DNA of 64,000 bases from an uncultured delta proteobacterium (GCA_963747115.1 CAVVEB010000006.1:138115-202114), one strand, 5' to 3'; counted from the first letter of the stretch, positions 28,198-37,955 are shown. Notes: generated by a model from the letters alone, not told the origin. Program-made: numbers and translations.

Positions 28198-29438
28198 GCG
28201 CGCAAGCTGAAGCATCCATGAGGCCCAGAGCTCCCGAGACGATCCCGGGCGCGAGCGGCGTTCGCACTCCGATGGTGCTGATCGCAATTTTGATCGCGCT
28301 CACGCTTCTCGGCGTCGTGGGTTTTGTTTTCGGCGTCATGACCGAGACCGAGCCGCACGCGTGGCAGGCATTTCTGGTCAACTTTCTTTTCTTCTTCGGC
28401 GTCGCGCAGGGCGGCGTGATGATCTCCGGCGCGTTTTATCTGACCCAGGCGCGATGGGGCGGCCCGGGCGCCTATCGGCTCGCCGAATCGTTCTACGTCT
28501 TCATTCCGGTCGCGTTCGTTTTATTCTGGGTATTATTTTTCGGCCGCGCCGAACTATGGCCGTGGGTGACAAAGCCGGTCGCGAAAAATCCCACCTGGCT
28601 CAATACTCCATTTTTTTTCGCGCGCGAGGGGTTGGCATTGCTCGCCCTGACATTGCTGGATTTGTGGTTCATCCGTATCTCGCAGCGCGTCGATGTCCGT
28701 CAGTGGGCACTCTCGAATGACAACATCGAGATGCCGCCGGCTGCGATTCGCCGCGTCGCCCCGGCGCTCGCGCTCACCTACGCCGCGGTGATGTCGCTGA
28801 TCGCATTCGACCTGATCATGTCGCTGGCGCCGCAATGGAAGAGTACCCTCTTCGGCGTCTTTTTTTTCGCCGGCGCGTTCTGGAGTGGAATCGTTGCGAT
28901 GGCTCTCACAGCGGTCGCGCTGCGCAGCCGTCTTGCTCCGGGAAATCTGTTTACCCGCGACAGTATCATGCACGATCTCGGCAAGTTCACCTTCGCGTTC
29001 TCCGTGTTCTGGGCTTACACGCTATTCGCGCAGTACATCGTGATCTGGTATGGCGACATTCCTGCGGAAACTTTTTTTCTGGTCGTCCGCGGCGCGATCA
29101 TAGGAGCGCCCAGCGGCTACACCCCGTGGATGATCCCGACGTGGCTGGTGCCGATCCTCGTGTGGGCTGTCCCATTTGTAATGCTGATGGGCGTGAGGCC
29201 GAAGAAGACGCCGGCGATTCTCGGCAGCGTGGCTTTTCTCGGACTGGTTGGGATGTGGCTCGAGCGCTATGTGCTGGTGGTGCCCTCGATCACCCCGCGC
29301 TATATCCCGTTCAACTGGATCGAGTTTCTGATCACGCTGGGATTTCTCGGTATCTTTGGACTCTGCGCAATTCCAGGAATGAAACTGACGATCGCCGCCG
29401 CGACTTCGCCCGAAGTGCTGGAGGCGGCTGAAGAATGA
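28194..29438 (+). CDS. actF: Alternative Complex III subunit ActF (second NrfD-like membrane subunit)
   Basis: 414-aa polytopic membrane protein, paralogous in character to ActC. Its start overlaps the actD stop. Confidence 0.8.
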   Translation: MSAQAEASMRPRAPETIPGASGVRTPMVLIAILIALTLLGVVGFVFGVMTETEPHAWQAFLVNFLFFFGVAQGGVMISGAFYLTQARWGGPGAYRLAESFYVFIPVAFVLFWVLFFGRAELWPWVTKPVAKNPTWLNTPFFFAREGLALLALTLLDLWFIRISQRVDVRQWALSNDNIEMPPAAIRRVAPALALTYAAVMSLIAFDLIMSLAPQWKSTLFGVFFFAGAFWSGIVAMALTAVALRSRLAPGNLFTRDSIMHDLGKFTFAFSVFWAYTLFAQYIVIWYGDIPAETFFLVVRGAIIGAPSGYTPWMIPTWLVPILVWAVPFVMLMGVRPKKTPAILGSVAFLGLVGMWLERYVLVVPSITPRYIPFNWIEFLITLGFLGIFGLCAIPGMKLTIAAATSPEVLEAAEE

Positions 29439-30472
29439 AGACTCGAAATCGCAAGATTTGGCCTTTCAGGTTCGCCCCGTACCGGTTTGCGATAGTCGCC
29501 GCGATCGCCGGTTGCAGGAGCGAAGATCGCGTGCATCCGATGAGCGCGCTGGCGCCAAAATCGGATCTCGCCAATTGGTGCTACGGGCTATTCATGGAAA
29601 TCACGGCGTGGGATTTGATGATCCTCGCGATCGTGACCGTCGCTTTTATTTTAGCGGTGTTCTTTTTTTCGACGCGAGTTGGAGAAGCGGGACCTCCAAC
29701 TTCCGTTAGCTCGGACCTCGGACTAGAAGTCGCGTGGACCATAGGCCCCGCTCTCATCCTTCTAATGATTTCCATCCCCACCGTCCGGCTCATCTTTCGC
29801 ACTCAGCCGCGCGCCGAGGCGGCTAACGAACTTCCGATCACTGTTATCGCGCATCAGTGGTGGTGGGAGTTCCGCTATGACGACGGCTCCAACGTAACGA
29901 CCGCAAACGAATTGCACATTCCCGCGGGCCGACCGATTCATCTCAAGCTGGTATCCAATGACGTGATTCACAGCTTCTGGGTACCGCGGCTCGGCGGAAA
30001 ACGCGATGTGATTCCCGGCCAGGTAAACCAGATCGATCTCGTCTCGAATGTTCCAGGTGAATACTACGGTCAGTGCGCGGAGTTCTGCGGACTGTCGCAT
30101 GCCAACATGCGTTTCAGAATATTCGTCGACCCGCCCGACGATTTTGCGATGTGGGAAAAAGCTCAGGCGATGCCCGGCGTGGCGCCCGCGGACGGAACAC
30201 CGGCCGGCCGCGGCGCGCAGATTTTTGCGAACAGCCCCTGCACCGCGTGTCACACCGTCGCAGGAACTTCGAAGGGCTACGTCGGCCCCAACCTGACGCA
30301 TCTTGGGAGCCGCACAACCATTGCCGCCGGAATTCTCACGAACGATCCGAAAGACCTGGCCGCATGGATCGAGCATCCCGCGGAAATCAAACCCGGCGCC
30401 CAGATGCCAGACTTCGGACTAAGTGGCGATGAGCTCAACGACCTGGTCGCGTACCTCGAAACGCTCAAGTAA
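29435..30472 (+). CDS. coxB: Cytochrome c oxidase subunit II with fused C-terminal cytochrome c domain (caa3-type)
   Basis: CuA site HSFWVPRLGGKRDVIPG...CAEFCGLSHANM; C-terminal heme c motif CTACHTV...M; lipobox-like IAGC in the N-terminus. Confidence 0.9.
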   Translation: MKTRNRKIWPFRFAPYRFAIVAAIAGCRSEDRVHPMSALAPKSDLANWCYGLFMEITAWDLMILAIVTVAFILAVFFFSTRVGEAGPPTSVSSDLGLEVAWTIGPALILLMISIPTVRLIFRTQPRAEAANELPITVIAHQWWWEFRYDDGSNVTTANELHIPAGRPIHLKLVSNDVIHSFWVPRLGGKRDVIPGQVNQIDLVSNVPGEYYGQCAEFCGLSHANMRFRIFVDPPDDFAMWEKAQAMPGVAPADGTPAGRGAQIFANSPCTACHTVAGTSKGYVGPNLTHLGSRTTIAAGILTNDPKDLAAWIEHPAEIKPGAQMPDFGLSGDELNDLVAYLETLK

Positions 30473-30487
30473 GAGGACACTTCGGTC

Positions 30488-32959
30488 ATGGCTGCGCAAC
30501 CAAAAGTATTGCCGATAGAAACGCCGAGCTATCTCGAAGGCGGGCCGATTAGCTGGCTCAATACGGTCGACCACAAAAAAGTTGGCATGCTGTATGGCTT
30601 CACCGCGCTGTTTTTTATGGCGGTCGGCGGTATCGAGGCGTTGCTGATCCGCACTCAGCTTTTCTACCCGAACAATCATTTCATTTCGGCGGCAGTTTAC
30701 AACGAACTGTTTACGATGCACGGCACCACAATGATTTTTCTGGTGGTGATGCCGCTGCTGCTTGGATTTTTCGCAAATTTTCTGATTCCGCTGATGATCG
30801 GCGCGCGCGACGTCGCATTTCCCCGGCTGAACGCCCTCAGTTTTTGGATCTTTTTGTTCAGCGGAATTTTTCTGCACCTGGGTTTCTTTTGGCACAATGG
30901 AGGCCTGCCCAACGCGGGATGGTTCGGCTACGCGAACCTGACCGAGCGTCCTTACTCGCCCGGCTTGCACATTGATTTTTGGGACATCGGGCTCATCATT
31001 GCGGGCGTCGCTACGGTTATGACCGCGGTAAATTTTCTGGCGACGATCGTGGCGATGCGCGCGCCCGGCATGACCTACATGCGGATGCCGCTCTTCGTGT
31101 GGTCGATGCTGGTGACGGTGGTTCTGATCCTGCTCGCGTTTCCGGCGCTCACAGTCGGACTGATTTTTTTGTTCCTCGACCGCTTCTTCGGCGCACACTT
31201 CTATCAGGCAATGGCCGGCGCGACGCCGATCCTGTGGCAGCACCTGTTCTGGTTGTTCGGACATCCGGAGGTGTACATCATGGCGCTGCCCGCCTTCGGA
31301 ATGATTTCGGAAATGCTTCCCACGTTCTCGCGCAAGCCGCTGTTCGGCTATCCGATGATGGTCTATTCGATGATCCTGATCGGATTTCTCTCTTACGGAG
31401 TGTGGGGCCATCACATGTTCGCGACCGGAATGGGCCCGGTTGCGGACAGCGCGTTTGCGATAACCTCGATGCTCATCGCGATTCCCACCGGCATCAAGAT
31501 TTTCTCGTGGATCGCGACCGTATGGGGCGGCTCGCTGCGCATGACCACTGCGATGTATTTCGGCCTCGCGTTTATTCTGGAGTTCACCATCGGCGGCTTG
31601 TCCGGAATCATGCACGCGAGTCCGCCCGTCGATCTGCAGCAGACCGATTCATATGTCGTGGTGGCGCACTTTCATTACGTACTATTCGGCGGAGTGGCCT
31701 TCGCGATCCTCGGCGCATTTTACTATTGGTGGCCGAAGATGACTGGACGGATGATGAGCGAACGACTGGGCAAGTGGCAGTTCTGGCTCACCGTCATCGG
31801 TTTCAACGGGACTTTTTTTCCGATGCATATCCTCGGTGAATGGGGGATGCCGAGGCGCATTTATACTTACGCTCCCGATATGGGATGGACCTTTCTCAAC
31901 CAGTTCGAGACGGTGTTCGCCTTCATCCTTGGACTTTCGTTTTTGATTTTCTACGTCAACATCATCAAGAGTCTGATCAACGGAGAGCGTGCGCTCGCCG
32001 ATCCGTGGGATGGACGCGGTCTGGAATGGGCGACCGCTTCGCCGCCCCCGCCATACAATTTCGCAAACATTCCGAATGTGCGCGGACGTGATGCATTCTG
32101 GATCTCGAAATATGGACGCGCCGGATCGCGCGGCATCGCGATGTATGCGGCGGGACAGATTCCCAAGCCGGCGCCGGAGGAGATGCCGACGGAGCCCGTT
32201 CATATGCCGGCGCCGTCATTTTTTCCATTGGTGATAGCGGCTGGGCTCTTCGTGATGGGCCTCGGATGGATCGTGCTCTGGTGGCGGTTGGTAGCGCTCG
32301 GCGTGCTCGCGATGTTCATGGGCGTGGTTGGGATGGCGTTCGAGTATCCAACTTTCGGACAAGAGACTCACGAAACTAAGGAAGCATCGCGCTCGGTCGG
32401 CGCCGACATCCGCAAGATCGGTCTGTGGTCCTTTATCGGATCGGAGTGTCTCTTTTTCGCTACTTTGATATCGACCTACGTGGTGTACAAGTCTCGCAAC
32501 CCGGGTCCGCCCGGGCCGGAAATGCTCGAACTGCCGCTGACCTCCTTCAGCACCTTCATTCTTCTGATGTCGAGCGTGCTGATGGTGCTGGCGCTGAATG
32601 CGATTCAGCGCGACGACCAGCGATGGAATCGGATCTGGTTAATCGGATGCGCGTCGTTCGGGCTGATTTTCCTCGGCGTTGAGGCGCATGAATTTTACGG
32701 CTTCTGGTCTCGAGGAATGGCTTTTCAGACCGATTTGTTCTCGCAGTGCTTCTATACGCTGGTCGGCACGCACGGCACCCATGTCGCGATTGGATTGCTG
32801 TGGATCATGGTTCTGATCGTGGCGTCGTTCACCGGCAAACTCGACAAATCGCGAGCGCTCTCGGTCGAGATGGCCGGACTTTATTGGCACTTCGTCGATA
32901 TAGTGTGGGTGATAATTTTCACCCTCGTCTATCTGATGCAGCAGGTTAAAGGCGCATGA
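30488..32959 (+). CDS. ctaD: Cytochrome c oxidase subunit I fused to subunit III
   Basis: 823 aa. Subunit I blocks: LFWLFGHPEVYIMALPAFG, GVWGHHMFATG, HFHYVLFGG. The last approximately 200 aa (WSFIGSECLFFATLISTY...GTHGTHVAIGLLW...YWHFVDIVWVIIF) are subunit III-like, as in known caa3 I/III fusions. Confidence 0.9.
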   Translation: MAAQPKVLPIETPSYLEGGPISWLNTVDHKKVGMLYGFTALFFMAVGGIEALLIRTQLFYPNNHFISAAVYNELFTMHGTTMIFLVVMPLLLGFFANFLIPLMIGARDVAFPRLNALSFWIFLFSGIFLHLGFFWHNGGLPNAGWFGYANLTERPYSPGLHIDFWDIGLIIAGVATVMTAVNFLATIVAMRAPGMTYMRMPLFVWSMLVTVVLILLAFPALTVGLIFLFLDRFFGAHFYQAMAGATPILWQHLFWLFGHPEVYIMALPAFGMISEMLPTFSRKPLFGYPMMVYSMILIGFLSYGVWGHHMFATGMGPVADSAFAITSMLIAIPTGIKIFSWIATVWGGSLRMTTAMYFGLAFILEFTIGGLSGIMHASPPVDLQQTDSYVVVAHFHYVLFGGVAFAILGAFYYWWPKMTGRMMSERLGKWQFWLTVIGFNGTFFPMHILGEWGMPRRIYTYAPDMGWTFLNQFETVFAFILGLSFLIFYVNIIKSLINGERALADPWDGRGLEWATASPPPPYNFANIPNVRGRDAFWISKYGRAGSRGIAMYAAGQIPKPAPEEMPTEPVHMPAPSFFPLVIAAGLFVMGLGWIVLWWRLVALGVLAMFMGVVGMAFEYPTFGQETHETKEASRSVGADIRKIGLWSFIGSECLFFATLISTYVVYKSRNPGPPGPEMLELPLTSFSTFILLMSSVLMVLALNAIQRDDQRWNRIWLIGCASFGLIFLGVEAHEFYGFWSRGMAFQTDLFSQCFYTLVGTHGTHVAIGLLWIMVLIVASFTGKLDKSRALSVEMAGLYWHFVDIVWVIIFTLVYLMQQVKGA

Positions 32960-33303
32960 GCGACGACCGTTACGAAGACAAGCCGGAGCATCACATCAGC
33001 AATACGGTGTACCTGATCGTGGGCGCGTTCCTGATCGTGCTGACCGCGATGGAGATCACGGTGTCCTATGTTCACGCATTGAGGCCGGTGATGGTGCCGT
33101 TGCTGGTGGTATTGGCGATTGCGAAATTCGCGCTGATCGCGATGTTCTTCATGCATCTGCGATATGAGAAATGGGTACTCAATACTATGTTTGTATTTCC
33201 ACTGACTATTGCGCTCGGGGCGTTTCTGGCGCTGTTCGGACTATTCACTTTTCTGTCGCACCACCTGGCGTCGGCGTCAGCTATGGGTATTCATTACTAC
33301 TAA
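32956..33303 (+). CDS. Cytochrome c oxidase subunit IV (bacterial CoxD-type)
   Basis: 115 aa, three TM helices; ...VLTAMEITVSYV...KFALIAMFFMHLRYE is typical of the family. Confidence 0.7.
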   Translation: MSDDRYEDKPEHHISNTVYLIVGAFLIVLTAMEITVSYVHALRPVMVPLLVVLAIAKFALIAMFFMHLRYEKWVLNTMFVFPLTIALGAFLALFGLFTFLSHHLASASAMGIHYY

Positions 33304-33318
33304 CCTGGTAGTCCAGTT

Positions 33319-34137
33319 GTGGATTTCATAACCAACATACATCCCAGTGTAGCTATAGGCATTGCGGCGTTGATTGCGCTGTACGTCGGCGCCGCGACGA
33401 TCGGCAATCACCGCGTCACGCCGCGGCACTGGTTCTGGTTTGTGATCGCGGTGGCCGTAACGGTGTTTACTTTGGGGCCGGTGGACGAGTGGGCCGAGCG
33501 GCGATGCTTTACGATGCACATGCTGCAGCACTTCAGCCAGACCTTCGTCATTCCGCCCTTGATGCTGCTTGCGGTTCCCGGATCGATGCTGCGGCCGTGG
33601 GTGTTGAGCAAGCGGGTGCTTCCTCTCGCGAAGTTCTTCACCAACCCGCTGATCGCATTCCTGACCTTCACGGCGGTATTCGTGATCGCGCATGACCCGC
33701 CGGTGTTCAACCTGATGTGCCGCGACGAGAACGTCCACATCGCGATTCATCTCGCGTTCATGGTCAGCGGCGTAGTCATGTGGTGGCCAATACTCAGTCC
33801 ACTGCCGGAGCTGCCGCGTCTGTCCTACCCAATGCAGATTCTCTACCTGTTCCTGCTGATGATTCCGATGACGGCGGTCGCGGCGCCGATCACACTCGCA
33901 TACTCAGTCGTATACCCATGGTACCTGGAAGGTCCGCATCCGTGGGGATTGACCGCGATGGACGATCAAATTCTCGGCGGCCTGCTGATGTGGATAGGGC
34001 AAGGTACCTATTTGATGTGCGTATTCACCGCGATCTTTTATCAGTGGGCGCGGCGTGAAGATGACAGCGACATGCCAATCATCGATCAACCGCCAGCTCC
34101 GAAAATCCGCGCGATCTCCCCGCGCGCTCGCGCCTAG
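33319..34137 (+). CDS. ctaG: Cytochrome c oxidase assembly factor CtaG (caa3_CtaG family)
   Basis: 272-aa polytopic membrane protein. HMLQH and MWWPILSP blocks, plus its position after the oxidase genes. Confidence 0.65.
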   Translation: MDFITNIHPSVAIGIAALIALYVGAATIGNHRVTPRHWFWFVIAVAVTVFTLGPVDEWAERRCFTMHMLQHFSQTFVIPPLMLLAVPGSMLRPWVLSKRVLPLAKFFTNPLIAFLTFTAVFVIAHDPPVFNLMCRDENVHIAIHLAFMVSGVVMWWPILSPLPELPRLSYPMQILYLFLLMIPMTAVAAPITLAYSVVYPWYLEGPHPWGLTAMDDQILGGLLMWIGQGTYLMCVFTAIFYQWARREDDSDMPIIDQPPAPKIRAISPRARA

Positions 34138-34141
34138 CGCC

Positions 34142-34678
34142 CTAGTCGTCGAGCAATGCCGGATCGTACCCCGCTCGGATGAGCGCTCGCCTGGCGGCCT
34201 CGATAATTCGCGGAGTCGTCGCATTCGGAGTGGTCGGGACTTCCGGCGCCGCAAGAATTTTGCGCGCCAGCTCCTCGAGTTCCGATGCGGCAAGTTTCTG
34301 GCACTGTTCATAGACCCCGTCGGCACCTTCTTCGATCGGGTTGTGCGCCGCGAGTACGGTCTTGAGCGCGCGAACGATCGCCGGGGTCGGAATCGGCATC
34401 AGCAATGACACGATCGCGCCGTGATCGAGTCGCAGGCGTGCAGCTTGCTCCAGCGGCGCGCCGCGAAGCCGCTGCGCCGCTGTGAACAGGACTCTTTCCT
34501 CGATGCCGATGTGCCTCAGAATTCCGCGGCGAAATTCGTCGTAAGCCGCGAGCTCGTCGGAGCTTCGGCAACTACCGCTGCGTTCGATCAGCGCGTCGAG
34601 GCGCTGATGGTCAGCGGTCAAAAATTCCGTCAGCGATTTCATTGGCGTCGAGAACCCCTCGGGCCCTTCCAGTGACAA
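34142..34678 (-). CDS. Hemerythrin-domain protein
   Basis: LTADHQRLDALIE...EFRRGILRHIGIEERVLF...DHGAIVSLL shows HHE cation-binding spacing. Confidence 0.6.
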   Translation of the reverse strand: MSLEGPEGFSTPMKSLTEFLTADHQRLDALIERSGSCRSSDELAAYDEFRRGILRHIGIEERVLFTAAQRLRGAPLEQAARLRLDHGAIVSLLMPIPTPAIVRALKTVLAAHNPIEEGADGVYEQCQKLAASELEELARKILAAPEVPTTPNATTPRIIEAARRALIRAGYDPALLDD

Positions 34679-34816
34679 TCTACGCGAACCGTCACGCTAA
34701 ACACCACGCGCGCGATGGGTTAGAATCCGTTGCGGAGTTTTGCTTGCAAACTTATCGGAGCGTTTGCCGGGCATGACTCTGGTGGGTTAGTAGTTTTGAT
34801 TCGGGAGCGGTCGAAC

Positions 34817-35815
34817 ATGCAGCATTCCAGAACCCGGATAACCCTTGACGGAGCGATCGCTGGACTGCTCGGCGCGGGCGTCGTCGCGTTGTGGTTTTTG
34901 ATTTTCGATGCGGCGCGAGGCCATGCGTTCCAAACCCCGGTGATGCTCGCGGCCGCGATTCTTCACGGCTCTAATGCCGCCGGTGTAAGCGCCGCGCAAC
35001 TGATCCTTGAATACTCGACACTGCATTTTATCGCGTTCATCATCGCCGGAATTGTCGGCGCGCATTTGCTCGAAGCCGCCGAGCGCGAACCGATGCTGCT
35101 GGTTTCGTTGATGGTATTCCTGGGCGCGTTCGATATCTTTTTTATCGGCGTCGTCATGTTCCTGGGACCCGCCGTGATGCACGAAGTCACCTGGTGGGGA
35201 ATCGTCGTCGCCAACCTGACCGCGACCGCGGTGATGCTCTACTACTTTCTCGCGCGGCATCCGGCGCTCGCGCGAAATCTCCTCGGGCCGTGGATCGGCA
35301 TTTTTCAGGAAGGCCTTGCGGCCGGCTTGATCGGCGCGGTGATCGTGGCCGCATGGTTCCTGGCTTATGACCTCGCGATGGGCGAGGCTTTCAAAACTCC
35401 GCTGCTGTTGGGCGAAGCGATCTTCAACAACGCGATGCCCGCGACGCGCGACACGATGGTGCCGCTGATTGCCGGATACACCGTGATCCATTTTCTCGCG
35501 TTCATCGGATTCGGCATGGCGGTCGCCATTTTAATGGCCGCCACCGATCGCGAGCCGTTGATCGCGCTCGGCGCGCTGGTGGTGTTCGCGATTTTCGAAG
35601 TGTTCTTCTTCGGATGGGTGACGCTGATCGATTCGTCGCTGCTCCAGCAGCTCGGATGGTGGAAGATTGTCGCCGCCAATGTGCTCGCGCTGATCGGAAT
35701 GATTGCGTACGAGATGCACGCCCATCGCGGCGTGATCCTAAGACTCCAGGAGCGATGGGCCGCGCTTGAGAGCGAGGGCGACGAGGCCGCGACTCCGACT
35801 CCGCCGCGGCGCTAG
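34817..35815 (+). CDS. Polytopic membrane protein built from two homologous halves, unknown function
   Basis: Internal repeat: LLGAGVVALWFLIFDAARGHAFQTPVMLAAAILHG...HFIAFIIAGIVGAHLLEAAEREPMLL versus LIGAVIVAAWFLAYDLAMGEAFKTPLLLGEAIFNN...HFLAFIGFGMAVAILMAATDREPLIAL. I place the start at the ATG at 34817, behind a GGGAG. Confidence 0.5.
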   Translation: MQHSRTRITLDGAIAGLLGAGVVALWFLIFDAARGHAFQTPVMLAAAILHGSNAAGVSAAQLILEYSTLHFIAFIIAGIVGAHLLEAAEREPMLLVSLMVFLGAFDIFFIGVVMFLGPAVMHEVTWWGIVVANLTATAVMLYYFLARHPALARNLLGPWIGIFQEGLAAGLIGAVIVAAWFLAYDLAMGEAFKTPLLLGEAIFNNAMPATRDTMVPLIAGYTVIHFLAFIGFGMAVAILMAATDREPLIALGALVVFAIFEVFFFGWVTLIDSSLLQQLGWWKIVAANVLALIGMIAYEMHAHRGVILRLQERWAALESEGDEAATPTPPRR

Positions 35816-35819
35816 CGGT

Positions 35820-36629
35820 TCAGATTCCGAGTACGTCGCGCATCGTGTAGAGGCCGGGTTTTTTATCCGCGAGCCATCCGGCGGCGCGGATCGCGCCGCG
35901 CGCGAGTGACTCCCGGCTCTGTGCGCGATGCGTCAGCTCGAGCCGCTCCCCGTTACCACCGAAAATCACGGTGTGGTCGCCCACCGCGTCGCCCGCGCGG
36001 ATCGCGAGCACTCCGATCTGTCCCTCGGGACGGACTCCGGTAATTCCCTCGCGGCCGTATGCCGCCTGGTCGGCGAAATTTTGTCCGCGCGCCTCGGCGA
36101 TCGCGCGGCCGAGTCCGAGCGCGGTTCCGCTGGGCGCGTCCACTTTGGTGCGATGATGAATCTCGATCACCTCGGCGTCGAAATCGCGCAGAATCGCCGC
36201 GACCTCCGCGACGATTTTCGTAAGCACGTTCACTCCGATGCTCATGTTGGGCGCGATCACGGTGCGCGTTTTCGCAGCCAGTTGCTTCGCGCGCTTTTCC
36301 ATCTCCGGCGTGAAGCCGGTCGAGCCGATCACGATCGCCGCGCCGACTTTGGCCGCGATCTCGAGATGCTCGAGCGAGGCGGCGGCGCTGGTGAAATCGA
36401 GCGTGACCGTATCGGGCCGCGCGATCGAGGCGTAATCCTCCGTGATCGCGACCCCGATCTTTTCGATCCCCGCGAGCGCGCCCGCATCGGCGCCTAACGC
36501 GGGAACGCCGCGGGCTTCGAGCGCTCCGACCAGTTTGTGCCTGGGGTCACTCGCAGATTTCTGCGCGATCAGCTGGATGAGCATCTTGCCCATCCTGCCC
36601 GCGGCTCCGGCGACGATCAGATTGGCCAT
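35820..36629 (-). CDS. dapB: 4-hydroxy-tetrahydrodipicolinate reductase
   Basis: NAD-binding start MANLIVAGAAGRMGK; ...IEIHHRTKVDAPSGTA... catalytic block. Confidence 0.9.
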   Translation of the reverse strand: MANLIVAGAAGRMGKMLIQLIAQKSASDPRHKLVGALEARGVPALGADAGALAGIEKIGVAITEDYASIARPDTVTLDFTSAAASLEHLEIAAKVGAAIVIGSTGFTPEMEKRAKQLAAKTRTVIAPNMSIGVNVLTKIVAEVAAILRDFDAEVIEIHHRTKVDAPSGTALGLGRAIAEARGQNFADQAAYGREGITGVRPEGQIGVLAIRAGDAVGDHTVIFGGNGERLELTHRAQSRESLARGAIRAAGWLADKKPGLYTMRDVLGI

Positions 36630-36664
36630 CGCGAGATTACCGATCCGCGATCAGATATTTCGAA

Positions 36665-36928
36665 TCACGACGCGGGAGCTTCGGCAGCGGGCGCTGGCGC
36701 AGCGGCGGCACCGGCTTCGGGCGCCTTGCTGTGCGCGGTCGTCCAATGCTCATCGCACAAGCTGCCCTTGGCGCCGCGCGGCTTTCGGCATTTCTCGAAG
36801 GTGCAGATCTTGTAGCGCGGGCGCGGCATTTCGCCCGCCTTCCATAAGCGATAGTGCTTGCGGCAGTAGCCCTTGGCGAATAGTTCGCGTCCACAATCTT
36901 TAGCTTTGCAAGTTTGCTTCGTTGCCAT
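36665..36928 (-). CDS. Small duplicated Cys/His zinc-ribbon-like protein
   Basis: I start it at the ATG at 36928: MATKQTCKAKDCGRELFAKGYCRKHYRLWKAGEMPRPRYKICTFEKCRKPRGAKGSLCDEHW... It has two C-x2-C...C-x2-H units and an Ala/Pro-rich tail. It fits exactly between gpsA and dapB. Confidence 0.5.
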   Translation of the reverse strand: MATKQTCKAKDCGRELFAKGYCRKHYRLWKAGEMPRPRYKICTFEKCRKPRGAKGSLCDEHWTTAHSKAPEAGAAAAPAPAAEAPAS

Positions 36929-36950
36929 CGATATTTTCTTTCCTGGAGAA

Positions 36951-37955
36951 CTAGAACTCAGCCTTGAGCGTACGGCTGAGCAATTCATCGACCATAGCTT
37001 TTGCCGGCTCTCCTTCATAGAGGGCGCGATAGACCGCATCGACGATCGGCATTTCGATCTGATGACGATTCGCGAGCACTTTTATCGAGCGCGCGTTGAC
37101 GACACCCTCCGCGACCGCGCCGCTATCATCATATATGCTGCACATCGCGCGAGTTCCCTCGCGGCCGAGCTTCAATCCCAGGCTGCGATTGCGCGATAGA
37201 TCGCCGGTGCAGGTAAGCACCAGATCGCCGAGGCCGGCGAGACCCATCACGGTCTCGCGCTTTGCGCCGGCCGCCTCGACCAGCCGCGCGAGTTCGGCCA
37301 GTCCGCGGGTGATGACGGCCGCGCGCGCGCTCGATCCGAGATCGAGGCCGTCGCTCACGCCGGCCGCGATCGCGATCACGTTCTTCGCGGCGCCCGCGAG
37401 TTCCACGCCGGTCACGTCGGAGCTGCGATAGACGCGCAGCGTCGGCGCGGCCAGCATAGCTTGCACACGGCGCGCGGCGGCGTCGTCGCTCGACGCAACG
37501 ACCAGCGCCGCGGGTTTTCCTCGCGCGACTTCGGCGGCGAAACCGGGGCCCGACAGCGCCGCGTATGCGCGCGCGTTGGGCGCGGTCTCGCGGAGCATCG
37601 CGGTCATGCTCGCGAGAGTTGTCACCTCGATGCCCTTGGTCGCGCTGACCAGGATCGATTCGGGACGAACCGCGCCCGCGATGCCCTCGATCGCGGCGCG
37701 CGCAAATGGCGACGGCACCGCCATCACGACGACGGCCGAGCGCGCGACCGCCTGACCCCATGAATCGGTCAACTCAACGCTCGCGGGAATTTCGACGCCG
37801 GGGAGGTAGGCGGGATTTTCCCGCGCCGAGATCATCTGACAAAGTAACTCGCCGCGCCGCACGCATAGCACGACGCGATGGCCGCCGCGCGCGAGCATCA
37901 CCGCGAGCGCGGTCCCCCACGCCCCTGCGCCAAGGATGGTGGTGGTGTCGTTCAT
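36951..37955 (-). CDS. gpsA: NAD(P)H-dependent glycerol-3-phosphate dehydrogenase
   Basis: ILGAGAWGTALAVMLA, GVELAGAAKNVIAIAAGVSDGL, GDLVLTCTGDLSRNR. I place the start at the ATG at 37955. Confidence 0.9.
   Translation of the reverse strand: MNDTTTILGAGAWGTALAVMLARGGHRVVLCVRRGELLCQMISARENPAYLPGVEIPASVELTDSWGQAVARSAVVVMAVPSPFARAAIEGIAGAVRPESILVSATKGIEVTTLASMTAMLRETAPNARAYAALSGPGFAAEVARGKPAALVVASSDDAAARRVQAMLAAPTLRVYRSSDVTGVELAGAAKNVIAIAAGVSDGLDLGSSARAAVITRGLAELARLVEAAGAKRETVMGLAGLGDLVLTCTGDLSRNRSLGLKLGREGTRAMCSIYDDSGAVAEGVVNARSIKVLANRHQIEMPIVDAVYRALYEGEPAKAMVDELLSRTLKAEF

Noticed and set aside
30419-31615. 398-aa ORF on the minus strand
   Set aside because: It is antisense to cytochrome oxidase subunit I. 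The His/Arg/Gln-rich product reflects the complement of hydrophobic codons.
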